DNA from: Candidatus Hydrogenedentota bacterium | GTDB taxonomy: Bacteria; Hydrogenedentota; Hydrogenedentia; Hydrogenedentales; SLHB01 | Assembly (NCBI GenBank): GCA_963674865.2 | Contig: CAXXYE010000009.1 | Span: forward strand, 288,001 to 352,000 | Length of the DNA: 64,000 nt | Reading direction: 5' to 3' | Shown here: piece by piece, positions 10,019 through 22,210 of the stretch | Position numbering within the stretch: position 1 is the first letter of the stretch | Layout: the number at the start of each line of letters is the position of its first letter | Notes under the pieces: generated by a model | What the model was told of the DNA's origin: nothing | Databases searched by the model: none | What the model saw: the letters and a program-made list of their open reading frames with translations, nothing else | Made by a program: the position numbers and the translations under genes

Positions 10019-10945
10019 ATGAAGATCACCTTTTTGATCCCTGTCCACAACGAACGAGAGTCTCTCGGGTCTCTCGTCGAGGCCATCTCTGAGTATGCCG
10101 CACCTTATGAACACCGCATTCTTTTCGTGGACGATGGAAGTAATGACGGTTCCTACGAGGCCATGAAGGATCTCCGGGAACGCTTCCCGACGGTGGACAT
10201 CATCAAGTTCCGCGTCAACCTCGGCAAGTCCGCCGCCTTGGCGGCGGGTTTTCCACGCGCCCGGGGCGATCTCGTGTTCACCATGGACGGCGACCTCCAG
10301 GACGATCCAAAAGAGATTCCCCGGTTTATCGACAAGCTCAACGAGGGCTACGACGTCGTCTGCGGTTGGAAGCAAGCTCGGCGGGACCCTTGGCACAAGA
10401 CCTTCCCCTCGCGAGTCTACAACTGGTTCATTCGCCGTCTCTTCAAGCTCGATCTCCACGATATCAATTGCGGATTCAAGCTCTTTCGCATGGAAGTCGT
10501 CGAGAGGATCCAGGTATACGGCGATATGCACCGCCTCATCCCCGTCTTTGCGGCACACCTCGGCTACCGGATTTCGGAGATTCCCGTCGAGCATCATCCC
10601 CGGCGCTACGGCCGATCCAAGTACGGGCCCGAGCGATTCTCACGCGGCGTCATCGACGTTCTCACCACCTTGTTTCTCAGCAACCACCGCGATTCGCCCG
10701 GACATTTCTTCGGCCGGTGGGCCTTTGCATTTGCGGCACTGGGCCTGTTAGCGATGCTCGGCGCTGTATTCTCCTGGTCCGGCGCGGCGTCCGGACTGGC
10801 CACCATCGCCCTATGGACGCTTGGCATCGGCCTATTCCTTGCCGCCGGCGGAGGCATCGCCCTCGCTCTTGTGGCGGAGTCCATCGTCAGCTTGCGCCCG
10901 CCGCTCGATCCTGCTCTTTACATTGAGGAAGAGCACCTCGGCTGA
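10019..10945 (+). CDS. Glycosyltransferase family 2 (ArnC/DPM-synthase-like)
   Basis: LIPVHNERE, FVDDGSNDG, GKSAALAAG, TMDGDLQDDP, DINCGFK; two C-terminal TM helices. Confidence 0.9.
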   Translation: MKITFLIPVHNERESLGSLVEAISEYAAPYEHRILFVDDGSNDGSYEAMKDLRERFPTVDIIKFRVNLGKSAALAAGFPRARGDLVFTMDGDLQDDPKEIPRFIDKLNEGYDVVCGWKQARRDPWHKTFPSRVYNWFIRRLFKLDLHDINCGFKLFRMEVVERIQVYGDMHRLIPVFAAHLGYRISEIPVEHHPRRYGRSKYGPERFSRGVIDVLTTLFLSNHRDSPGHFFGRWAFAFAALGLLAMLGAVFSWSGAASGLATIALWTLGIGLFLAAGGGIALALVAESIVSLRPPLDPALYIEEEHLG

Positions 10946-10974
10946 ACGGCCGCACCTGCGGCCCATGCGCCGGA

Positions 10975-12978
10975 TTACTCTTTCCGCAGCAGGAAGCCGC
11001 GTTTCGCTCCGTCGTCTTTGACGCCCACGCCGACGATATCCCCCGTCGCGTTGATGTCCCACGCGTCTTTCAGTATCCAGCCGGAGCCTGGTTCGAGCAG
11101 ATCGTTCAGGTCCGTCATCACATCCATGCCGGCCACGCTATCCCACCCGAAAGCGTGCGCGTCCCCCGACGCTATTTCCGACCATCCCACGACCTGGCTC
11201 GAATCGTTGATCGAGCGGGCGCTGCTGTTTGTTCCCCCGAGCGTACCGAGATCTTCCATGCCGCCGGAGTCATCCCAGATAAACGCGTGATAGATGCCGG
11301 AACTAGTCTCTGCCTCGCCGACTACCTCGCTCAACGCGTTGACGGCCCGCGCCGCGCTGTACTTACCGCTCGGAAACGCCCCCAAGTTCTGCATGCCGTT
11401 CGTGGCATCCCAAATGAACGCAAATTCCTTTTTCCCTGATTGCTTCTGGGAGCTGCCCACTACCTCCCCCGCGTCGTTGATTCCGTAGGCAAAGCTGTAA
11501 TCGCCGCCTGTTGTCCCGAGGTCCTGCATGCCGTGGGCCGTGTCCCAGAGAAATGCCCGCGCGTAGCCCGCGCCGTTCGTGCTATAGCCGGCCACCTGCT
11601 GCAAGCTATTGATAGCGTGCGCCGCAGTGGACGTGCCTCCCAAGTTGCCTAAGTCGCGCATGCCGCTTGTTTCGTCCCAGATGAAGGCCGTGTAGTTCTC
11701 GGGCGCCTCATCGAGTTGATCATAACCTACGACAACGCCGTCGCCGTTGAGGTCGTAGGCATAGCTATGCTTCCCGCCCAGCGTGCCGAGGTCCTGCATC
11801 CCGTCCGTGGCGTTCCAGAGGAAAGCACGGCGCCAGTTGGCCGCGACAAAGAGATAGGAGTATCCGGCCACGTCGCCGGAGTCGTTGATCGCGAACGCAT
11901 AGGCGTTGACGCCGCCCAACGTCGGGAGTTCGGTTACCGTCCAAGTGTCGCCCACGGCGAAGAAGGTGAAATGCGTGGTGTCAAAGGTTACCGCGGGAAC
12001 GGGTTGCGCTATGTATTGCGCATTCGATATCCCCCAGGTGGCCCACGTTCGCGTCGCCGCGTCGCGATACACTATCCGAAGAGACTCCGGACTTTGCAGG
12101 GCCTCCGGCAGCGGAAAGTACACCGAGACGGGCCGGCTAAACGCCGTGCCTGCCGGCCCCAATTCGACCATGGCCATCGCCCCCAGTAGAGGCTCTTCGA
12201 CGGCCGACACCGTCACGACGATCGGTTCCGAAACGGCCCCCGGCGGAACAGTCACGATGGAGCCGTCAAGGATGCTCGATGGATCATCCACAAAGACCTG
12301 GCCCCCGGCGGCAGGCGTCGCCTCCGCATACGCCACCACGTCAAATGCCGTGACGATCACGTCGACGTAAGCCTCGTCCAACCTCCCCGTCGCGTCCGTA
12401 ATCTCGAGCATTGCACGGTACTTGCCCGGCGGCGTGCCCTCGGGATACACATAGAGCGGGCTCTGCGCTGTGCTGACGCCGCCGTCGCCAAACGACCACG
12501 CGTAGGAGAGCGCCCCCCCGTCCGGGGCGCTTCCCGCTCCTGTGAACTGCACTGAAAGCGGTGCCGGCCCGGCAACCGGATCGGCTGATGCCGCAGCCGT
12601 GGGCGTGGCGTCTCCCACGCGTATCTTTGTCGTCGTGCTGGCTGTGTGGCCTGCCGCGTCGGTTACGGTAAGCGTCACTGTATAGCCGCCCTCGGCTGCA
12701 AATGTGTGCTGCACAACCGCCCCGGCCAAGTCCGTTCCCAAGCCGTCGCGCGCGTCCAGAGCCCATGAATAAGACGCGATCTGGCAATCGTCGGTTGAGG
12801 CCGAGGCGTCCAAGGTTACGGTGAGAGGAGCGGCGCCTTCCGAGGGGGTGGCTGTGGCCACTGCGTACGGCGCGAGTAGGTCCTCGGTGGTGTCGGGGTC
12901 CGTCGGTGGGCATCCGGCGTGGCCAAGGATGAGGATGAGCATGCCAATAATCGCGGCAGAGGAGCGCGGGATATACAT
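10975..12978 (-). CDS. Putative lipoprotein with 2 PKD domains, a ZU5-like domain and 7 HAF-type repeats (beta-propeller)
   Basis: Signal ...LILGHAG|CPPT; PKD motifs G.APL.V...SYSW...G.Y.V.LTVTD; seven ~44-aa repeats of AF.W....GM.DLG.LGG....A..IN....V.G. Confidence 0.8.
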   Translation of the reverse strand: MYIPRSSAAIIGMLILILGHAGCPPTDPDTTEDLLAPYAVATATPSEGAAPLTVTLDASASTDDCQIASYSWALDARDGLGTDLAGAVVQHTFAAEGGYTVTLTVTDAAGHTASTTTKIRVGDATPTAAASADPVAGPAPLSVQFTGAGSAPDGGALSYAWSFGDGGVSTAQSPLYVYPEGTPPGKYRAMLEITDATGRLDEAYVDVIVTAFDVVAYAEATPAAGGQVFVDDPSSILDGSIVTVPPGAVSEPIVVTVSAVEEPLLGAMAMVELGPAGTAFSRPVSVYFPLPEALQSPESLRIVYRDAATRTWATWGISNAQYIAQPVPAVTFDTTHFTFFAVGDTWTVTELPTLGGVNAYAFAINDSGDVAGYSYLFVAANWRRAFLWNATDGMQDLGTLGGKHSYAYDLNGDGVVVGYDQLDEAPENYTAFIWDETSGMRDLGNLGGTSTAAHAINSLQQVAGYSTNGAGYARAFLWDTAHGMQDLGTTGGDYSFAYGINDAGEVVGSSQKQSGKKEFAFIWDATNGMQNLGAFPSGKYSAARAVNALSEVVGEAETSSGIYHAFIWDDSGGMEDLGTLGGTNSSARSINDSSQVVGWSEIASGDAHAFGWDSVAGMDVMTDLNDLLEPGSGWILKDAWDINATGDIVGVGVKDDGAKRGFLLRKE

Positions 12979-13031
12979 CCGTTAGCCCGTTTCCCCTCAT
13001 TGCTGCGTACTTCGGAAGTACTTGTCCGCGA

Positions 13032-17313
<4,282 letters not shown>

Positions 17314-17317
17314 CCCT

Positions 17318-17866
17318 TCAGGTCTCCTTTGAAAGAAGCTGTTGCTTCAGCGTATCCAATTGGTTACGGATGCTTCCGTCGATGATGAAACTGCCGATGC
17401 GCGCCACCACCCCGCCGACGATGTCGGGATCAACGTGGTATTCCATGCGAAGTTGCCCGCGCGCGCGCGCCGTCAATGATTTCGTGAGCTGGGCCTTTTG
17501 CTCGTCCGATAAGTCAACGGCCGTTGTGACCACAGCCTCGATCCGATTCAGGCGCGCGTCGGCAATGGCCGAAAAAACCGTGGCGATCTCGGGCAGTAAG
17601 GCGATCCGGCCGCGCCTAAGCAGCACCCGCACCAATTGCGCAACAACCGGCATCGGCGCCTGCTGCTCGAGCACCGCATCGACGACGCGCTCCCGCGCCG
17701 CAAGATCGATCACCGGATTGGCCAACACGCTTCGCAGGTCGTGATTTGCCTCGTAGAACTCGCGCGCCCGGTTCATTGCCAGGCGGGCCTCCTCAAGTTC
17801 GCCGGGATCCGTGATGCACGCGCTCAGGCCCTTCGCGTAGCGTTCCGCGATCAGGTGGTTCTTCAT
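17318..17866 (-). CDS. atpH: F1 ATP synthase delta subunit
   Basis: [28 protein letters not shown]...DGSI. Confidence 0.93.
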   Translation of the reverse strand: MKNHLIAERYAKGLSACITDPGELEEARLAMNRAREFYEANHDLRSVLANPVIDLAARERVVDAVLEQQAPMPVVAQLVRVLLRRGRIALLPEIATVFSAIADARLNRIEAVVTTAVDLSDEQKAQLTKSLTARARGQLRMEYHVDPDIVGGVVARIGSFIIDGSIRNQLDTLKQQLLSKET

Positions 17867-18687
17867 TCCGCCTTCTCCAGGACGTTTAGGAACCGATCAA
17901 GCCGCGCGGCTTCGCTCTCCGGCGTGAGGCCTTCGCGATAGCGCTTCGCCACGAGGTCGAGCGTTTTCTCCACAAGATCCTCTTTGACATGCAAGAACGC
18001 GCGGTGTTCCTCTTCTTGCTTGCGGCTCGCACCGTCACGCGCAATCTGCTCGATGGCTTCGCCCGCTTCCTCGTGGATATCGCCGAGTACCCTCGCCAGA
18101 AGGGCCTCGCCTTCTTCTTCAAGCCGTTCTTTGTCTTCGTCGAGCCCATCCACCTGCGCCTGAGCGGCGGTTTTTCGCGCGGTCGCATCCGCGCGGGCCT
18201 TGGCGCTAGCGTCGATCCGCTTCTGCAAGGACGCGATCTTGGCGTCGAGCATCGCGAACAAAGGCTTCGGCGCAAAACGGAGAATCAAAGCCAGTACCGT
18301 AAGCGTATTGAGCCAGTCGAAAAGCGCGCCGAACCACGCCATCCGCCGCTGTTCTTGGACATACTCCGGCCGCTGCGTGTATTCGTCTACAAAAGCAATG
18401 CCGGCCGCCAACGCGCTCTGCGGCAACGCCAGGCCGGGATGCTCGCGGTACACCTTCTCGATCACGTTCTCCTGCGGCAAGCCTTCCCGCTGCGCCAATG
18501 GACGAAGCTCCGCATAGAGCTTGTAGGCGTCGCTCTTAGACACCTCGAGATAGCGTTCGTGATCATCCTTATAGGTATCGCGATACTTCCGCGTCAGTCC
18601 GGGCGGGCCAAGGGTGATAATGAGAACCACGCCGCACACCAAGTACGCAACGCCCAAGATCACCAAGAATCGCTTGGTGCAGCTCAC
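17863..18687 (-). CDS. atpF: Fo subunit b with extra N-terminal TM and extracytoplasmic domain (274 aa)
   Basis: GTG at 18687 follows GGAGG and overlaps the upstream stop (GTGA). Second TM FDWLNTLTVLALILRFAPKPL then an Ala/Glu-rich coiled coil; located between b' and delta. Confidence 0.8.
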   Translation of the reverse strand: MSCTKRFLVILGVAYLVCGVVLIITLGPPGLTRKYRDTYKDDHERYLEVSKSDAYKLYAELRPLAQREGLPQENVIEKVYREHPGLALPQSALAAGIAFVDEYTQRPEYVQEQRRMAWFGALFDWLNTLTVLALILRFAPKPLFAMLDAKIASLQKRIDASAKARADATARKTAAQAQVDGLDEDKERLEEEGEALLARVLGDIHEEAGEAIEQIARDGASRKQEEEHRAFLHVKEDLVEKTLDLVAKRYREGLTPESEAARLDRFLNVLEKAE

Positions 18688-19115
18688 GGTGTGCCACCTC
18701 CACAGCCCAGCTTCTCCATGACCGCATCCGCGATCTCCGACGTGCAACGCTCGTAGTCCGCCTCTTGCGCGGCGGCTTGCGTCCATGCCGTCTTCCGGGC
18801 TTCGGCCACGGCCTCGTCCGCTGTCCGGCGGTGCTTCGCCAGTTCGGCGAGTTGGCATTCCTGGGCCGTCCTGCGTTCGCGCTCGACCCGCTCATGGATC
18901 GCCCGCTGTATGCCGGCCACCGTGCCGCTGTATTCTTCCTCGAGCGTCTGCGCCGTGCTGTTATCGGTTCTGGCCGTCTCGCTGTCCTGCTTGAGTTTCT
19001 CCTCACGCCCATCCATGACGTTTAGCATGGGGCGGAGAATGAACCTGCTCGTGACCCAAAGGAAGATCAAGAACAGGCCCAGCTCGACAAGCAATGTCAG
19101 GTTCAGAACAACCAT
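18684..19115 (-). CDS. atpF: Fo subunit b' (second b)
   Basis: LNLTLLVELGLFLIFLWVTSRFILRPMLNVMDGR, followed by a coiled coil. Confidence 0.85.
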   Translation of the reverse strand: MVVLNLTLLVELGLFLIFLWVTSRFILRPMLNVMDGREEKLKQDSETARTDNSTAQTLEEEYSGTVAGIQRAIHERVERERRTAQECQLAELAKHRRTADEAVAEARKTAWTQAAAQEADYERCTSEIADAVMEKLGCGGGTP

Positions 19116-19153
19116 GAGCGCATCAATCCGTCGTTGCGTGGTTTACAAGACGC

Positions 19154-19468
19154 TTACACCACGAACAGCATCAGCAAGGCCACAACCAGGGAGTAAATCC
19201 CTGTCGACTCCGACACGGCCTGGCCGATAAGCATCGTGCGTGTTAGAAGCCCCGCGTTCTCGGGCGTCCGGCCGATAGCCTCGCACGCTTTGCCCGCCGC
19301 GAACCCTTCGCCCACGCCCGGCCCGATGGCTCCGAAGCCCATGCAGATGCCCGCGCCGATCAAGGCGCCCGCCATCCGAAGGTCCGCGCCTGAAATCAGG
19401 CTGGCGGCCTGCTCTTCGGCTTGGCCGACCACGGTGTGAAGCAACGTCGTTATCGTGCTCAAATCCAT
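19154..19468 (-). CDS. atpE: Fo subunit c, single hairpin, Na+-type signature
   Basis: [10 protein letters not shown]...GRTPE...[12 protein letters not shown]54, E87, S88, T89 and Y92 match Ilyobacter/Fusobacterium c-subunit positions 32, 65, 66, 67 and 70. Confidence 0.95.
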   Translation of the reverse strand: MDLSTITTLLHTVVGQAEEQAASLISGADLRMAGALIGAGICMGFGAIGPGVGEGFAAGKACEAIGRTPENAGLLTRTMLIGQAVSESTGIYSLVVALLMLFVV

Positions 19469-19519
19469 TCCCGTTATCCTTCTCGCAATGGCCTAACGCA
19501 TATCACGCGTATTGGAAAC

Positions 19520-20500
19520 TCACACAACATAAAGCAGGGCGAGGGCGATAATCAGAGCGTAAATCGCCGTCGATTGCGACACCGCCTGCCCGATCAGCAA
19601 TGTCCGGAGAATCAGCGCGCCCTGGAACGGATTGGCCGCCGTTGCCGAGCATCCCGAATCCGCGGCCAGTCCGCTGCCAATTCCCGGGCCTACGCCGCCG
19701 AAGCCGACCGCCACGCCCGCGCCGAACGCCTTGGCGAAACCCACCAGGCCGGGCTCGATGTCCCGCATGGCGAACAACATGATGAAAGCCACCAACATAC
19801 CGAATATCGCGGGCGTCTGGCCCACGGCTTGTCCAATCAACATCGTCCGGAGAGTCTGGCCCGACGCGGCCGGCCAACGGCTCACGCCTTCCACGGCGCC
19901 CCGCGCCGTGATGCCCGAGCCCATGCCGGGGCCTAGAGCGCCCACGCCCATGGCCAGTCCCGCACCCACCGCGACGCCCACCGCGGCCCAGCCGGTGACG
20001 ACGCCAGGCACGAACAGCAGTATCAGCGAGATCACCGTCGCGAAGATGCTCGGCGACTGCGCCACGGCTTGCCCGATAATCATCGCCTGAGTAACTTTCG
20101 ACGCCTGACGCGGATTCCGCGCCACGCCGTTGCATGCCGCGCCTGCCGGCCACCCGCATCCAAGGCCGCTGCCGAAGCAGCCCAGGCCAATCGAAAGGCC
20201 CGCACCGAGCACCGCCGCGCCAAGTAGATGCTCCGAGCCAGCCAATGCCGACGAGGGAACAAACAGAATCAAGAGGCCAATGACAAGGGCAAAGATGGAC
20301 GGGCTGCCCCCCACTGCCTGCCCGATGAGCATCGTTCGGAGCATCGCGCCCTGCACCTTCGGCTGGCGCATCATGCCCTCGTTGGCCTGTCCGGCCGCAA
20401 TGCCCATGCCTACGGCCGCGCCCACGCCGCCGAAGCCCAGGGCGATGCCCGCACCGAGGAAACGGCCGATCAACTCCCAGTTCAGTGCTATGTCATCCAC
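19520..20500 (-). CDS. atpE: Fo subunit c-like protein of four fused hairpins (8 TM), lacking the ion-binding Glu in every hairpin
   Basis: Four ~81-aa repeats, each with a Gly-rich inner helix, a loop (RQP/RNP/RWP/ANP) and an outer helix IGQAV-x-[G,Q,Q,Q]; located between atpB and atpE. Confidence 0.9.
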   Translation of the reverse strand: MDDIALNWELIGRFLGAGIALGFGGVGAAVGMGIAAGQANEGMMRQPKVQGAMLRTMLIGQAVGGSPSIFALVIGLLILFVPSSALAGSEHLLGAAVLGAGLSIGLGCFGSGLGCGWPAGAACNGVARNPRQASKVTQAMIIGQAVAQSPSIFATVISLILLFVPGVVTGWAAVGVAVGAGLAMGVGALGPGMGSGITARGAVEGVSRWPAASGQTLRTMLIGQAVGQTPAIFGMLVAFIMLFAMRDIEPGLVGFAKAFGAGVAVGFGGVGPGIGSGLAADSGCSATAANPFQGALILRTLLIGQAVSQSTAIYALIIALALLYVV

Positions 20501-20561
20501 GTGAGACCGCTTCTCTCTGTTGCCGCGCCACGGATTGTCACTGATTCTTTGCCGTGAAGCG

Positions 20562-21317
20562 CTACTTGACCGCCACCGCGATATACGTCAGCGTCAGCAT
20601 GGTGAAGACGAAGGCTTGGACGGTTCCCACGAAGAACACGAAGAAGAGGTCCATGCCGACCGGCAACACCATGTGGTACACCAACGTCGAAACCACAATG
20701 ATGATAATACCCCCGCCCAGGATGTTGCCGAATAGACGGAATGAAATGGAGACCACCTTAGCGAGTTCCCCAATCACATTCAGGGGAAAGAAGAACAAGG
20801 CCGAGAGCTTGCCTGCCACGCGAGCTGCGCCCGTCGACGACTCCTCCGACCAAAGGGGCCCGAGCAGTTCCGAGAAATAGCTCAGGGTGCCCTTCGCCCG
20901 CGCCCCGCAATAGGTGGCAATCACCATGGCCATGCACCCAAGGCTAAGAGTGCAGTTGATGTCCGCCGTCGGCTCCTCGATATAGGAAGACGGCACGAAG
21001 CCCATGAAGTTGCTCAATAGCAGGAACAGGAACAGCGATGCGATAAGTGGGAGGAACTTCCGATTCTTTTCTCGCGTGTCGAGTTCCAACGAACTCGACA
21101 CCAGCTCGTCAAACGCGCCGACGAACAACTCCACCATCATCTGGCCGCGTCCGGGCACAAGCGCCCGCCGTCGCATGGCTAGCCACAAAACCGCCCAGAG
21201 CAAGACCATCACCACAAGCGTACTGAAAACCGTCAGGATATTGACGCCGCCAAGCGGCAACGGGATGCTTGTCCCCGGCACGTAGTGCAGGATTAGGCGT
21301 TCACCGATTTGCTCCAT
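20562..21317 (-). CDS. atpB: Fo subunit a
   Basis: PGRGQ..VE, SNFMG.VP, PTADIN, SISFRLFGNILGG (essential Arg), VQAFVFTMLTLTYI. Confidence 0.95.
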   Translation of the reverse strand: MEQIGERLILHYVPGTSIPLPLGGVNILTVFSTLVVMVLLWAVLWLAMRRRALVPGRGQMMVELFVGAFDELVSSSLELDTREKNRKFLPLIASLFLFLLLSNFMGFVPSSYIEEPTADINCTLSLGCMAMVIATYCGARAKGTLSYFSELLGPLWSEESSTGAARVAGKLSALFFFPLNVIGELAKVVSISFRLFGNILGGGIIIIVVSTLVYHMVLPVGMDLFFVFFVGTVQAFVFTMLTLTYIAVAVK

Positions 21318-21711
21318 CCGCCTCGCTCTCGTCCTGTTTCAAGTCTAGGCCCGTCAAGCCTAGAAAAACCAATACAACGCGTATAATCAGAATACCGCCC
21401 GCTGCGCCAAGCAGACCTCGCAGTCCCTCCGGATCCATCATGTAACCCCGGATCAAGACGACAACGTAAACCGCCAAGCGCAGAAAGGACCATCTATACG
21501 CTGAAGACTTTACCTTTCCGGCGGGAAGAATTGCAAGCCGCTCCACCTTCAAGGCCGTCACCCAGAACACCAGTGTGCCGGCGATACCGCCCATCAAGAT
21601 GGCCTTGGCCACCATGAGGTCCACCGCCAGTCCGCCGGCAAGTGCCGCTATGGCCGTCACCAGCAGGGACAACCGCACCGCAAGCACCCGAAATCGCCTC
21701 AACGTTTCCAC
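21301..21711 (-). CDS. atpI: ATP synthase protein I (4 TM)
   Basis: Basic hydrophobic 4-TM protein with SFLRLAVYVVVL; immediately upstream of atpB. Confidence 0.75.
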   Translation of the reverse strand: METLRRFRVLAVRLSLLVTAIAALAGGLAVDLMVAKAILMGGIAGTLVFWVTALKVERLAILPAGKVKSSAYRWSFLRLAVYVVVLIRGYMMDPEGLRGLLGAAGGILIIRVVLVFLGLTGLDLKQDESEADGANR

Positions 21712-21935
21712 GTAATCTCCTTGACCAGAATCCTATAGGCGCCGTAAACACCCGAAGCCACCCCGAAAAGGATCATTCCCACCAGGATCAGGCCCGAACC
21801 GCCCAACCATGTGTCCAGGTATTTCCCGGCGATCACGCCCCCCACAATCGGCGCGGCTACGACAAGGCCCAATTGACTCACGAGGGCCAAGGCGCTTAGG
21901 GCGCGCCAGGTTGGAATCTGTTCCGGTGTCGGCAT
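21699..21935 (-). CDS. atpZ: AtpZ/AtpQ (ATPase gene 1) family protein
   Basis: SQLGLVVAAPIVGGVIAGKYLDTWLG...GMILFGVASG, the two-TM GxxLD pattern; first gene of the operon. Confidence 0.8.
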   Translation of the reverse strand: MPTPEQIPTWRALSALALVSQLGLVVAAPIVGGVIAGKYLDTWLGGSGLILVGMILFGVASGVYGAYRILVKEITWKR

Positions 21936-22064
21936 CGTAAGGTTTGTACCTAGCGGGTCTGGGATATAAGACACAACGCGCATGGCCGAAGCGGATGCCC
22001 TCTGGAGCCCGCCGGGCCGCCGGCGACATCAACGAAGACTCGCCTATCGCGCGTGTTGCCGGGC

Positions 22065-22093
22065 AGTATACTGCACCGGCTGTTGCCGGACAA
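22065..22093 (-). promoter_or_regulatory. Candidate sigma70 promoter of the atp operon
   Basis: TTGTCC-17 bp-TATACT on the minus strand, about 130 bp upstream of atpZ. Confidence 0.6.
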
Positions 22094-22142
22094 TTCCCTC
22101 CGCGATGACTGGCCCGATCTAGCCACTGCCAGCGGCCGCCTG

Positions 22143-22171
22143 TTGACTCGCCGTGGAAGCACGCCTAGAAT
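22143..22171 (+). promoter_or_regulatory. Candidate sigma70 promoter of the NCS2 permease
   Basis: TTGACT-17 bp-TAGAAT, 40 bp upstream of the GTG start. Confidence 0.65.
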
Positions 22172-22210
22172 CGGGTGAGCGGAACTGAGAGAGCAAGAGG
22201 GGGAGTGCAG

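Noticed and set aside
19520..20500. 4x c gene as a pseudogene or assembly-collapse artefact
   Set aside because: The ORF is intact, the four repeats are strongly diverged from one another and from atpE, the Gly motifs and loops are preserved, and the substitutions at the site are systematic.
21985..22210. Purine riboswitch ahead of the NCS2 permease
   Set aside because: No recognisable purine aptamer core, and the predicted promoter leaves only about 30 nt of leader.
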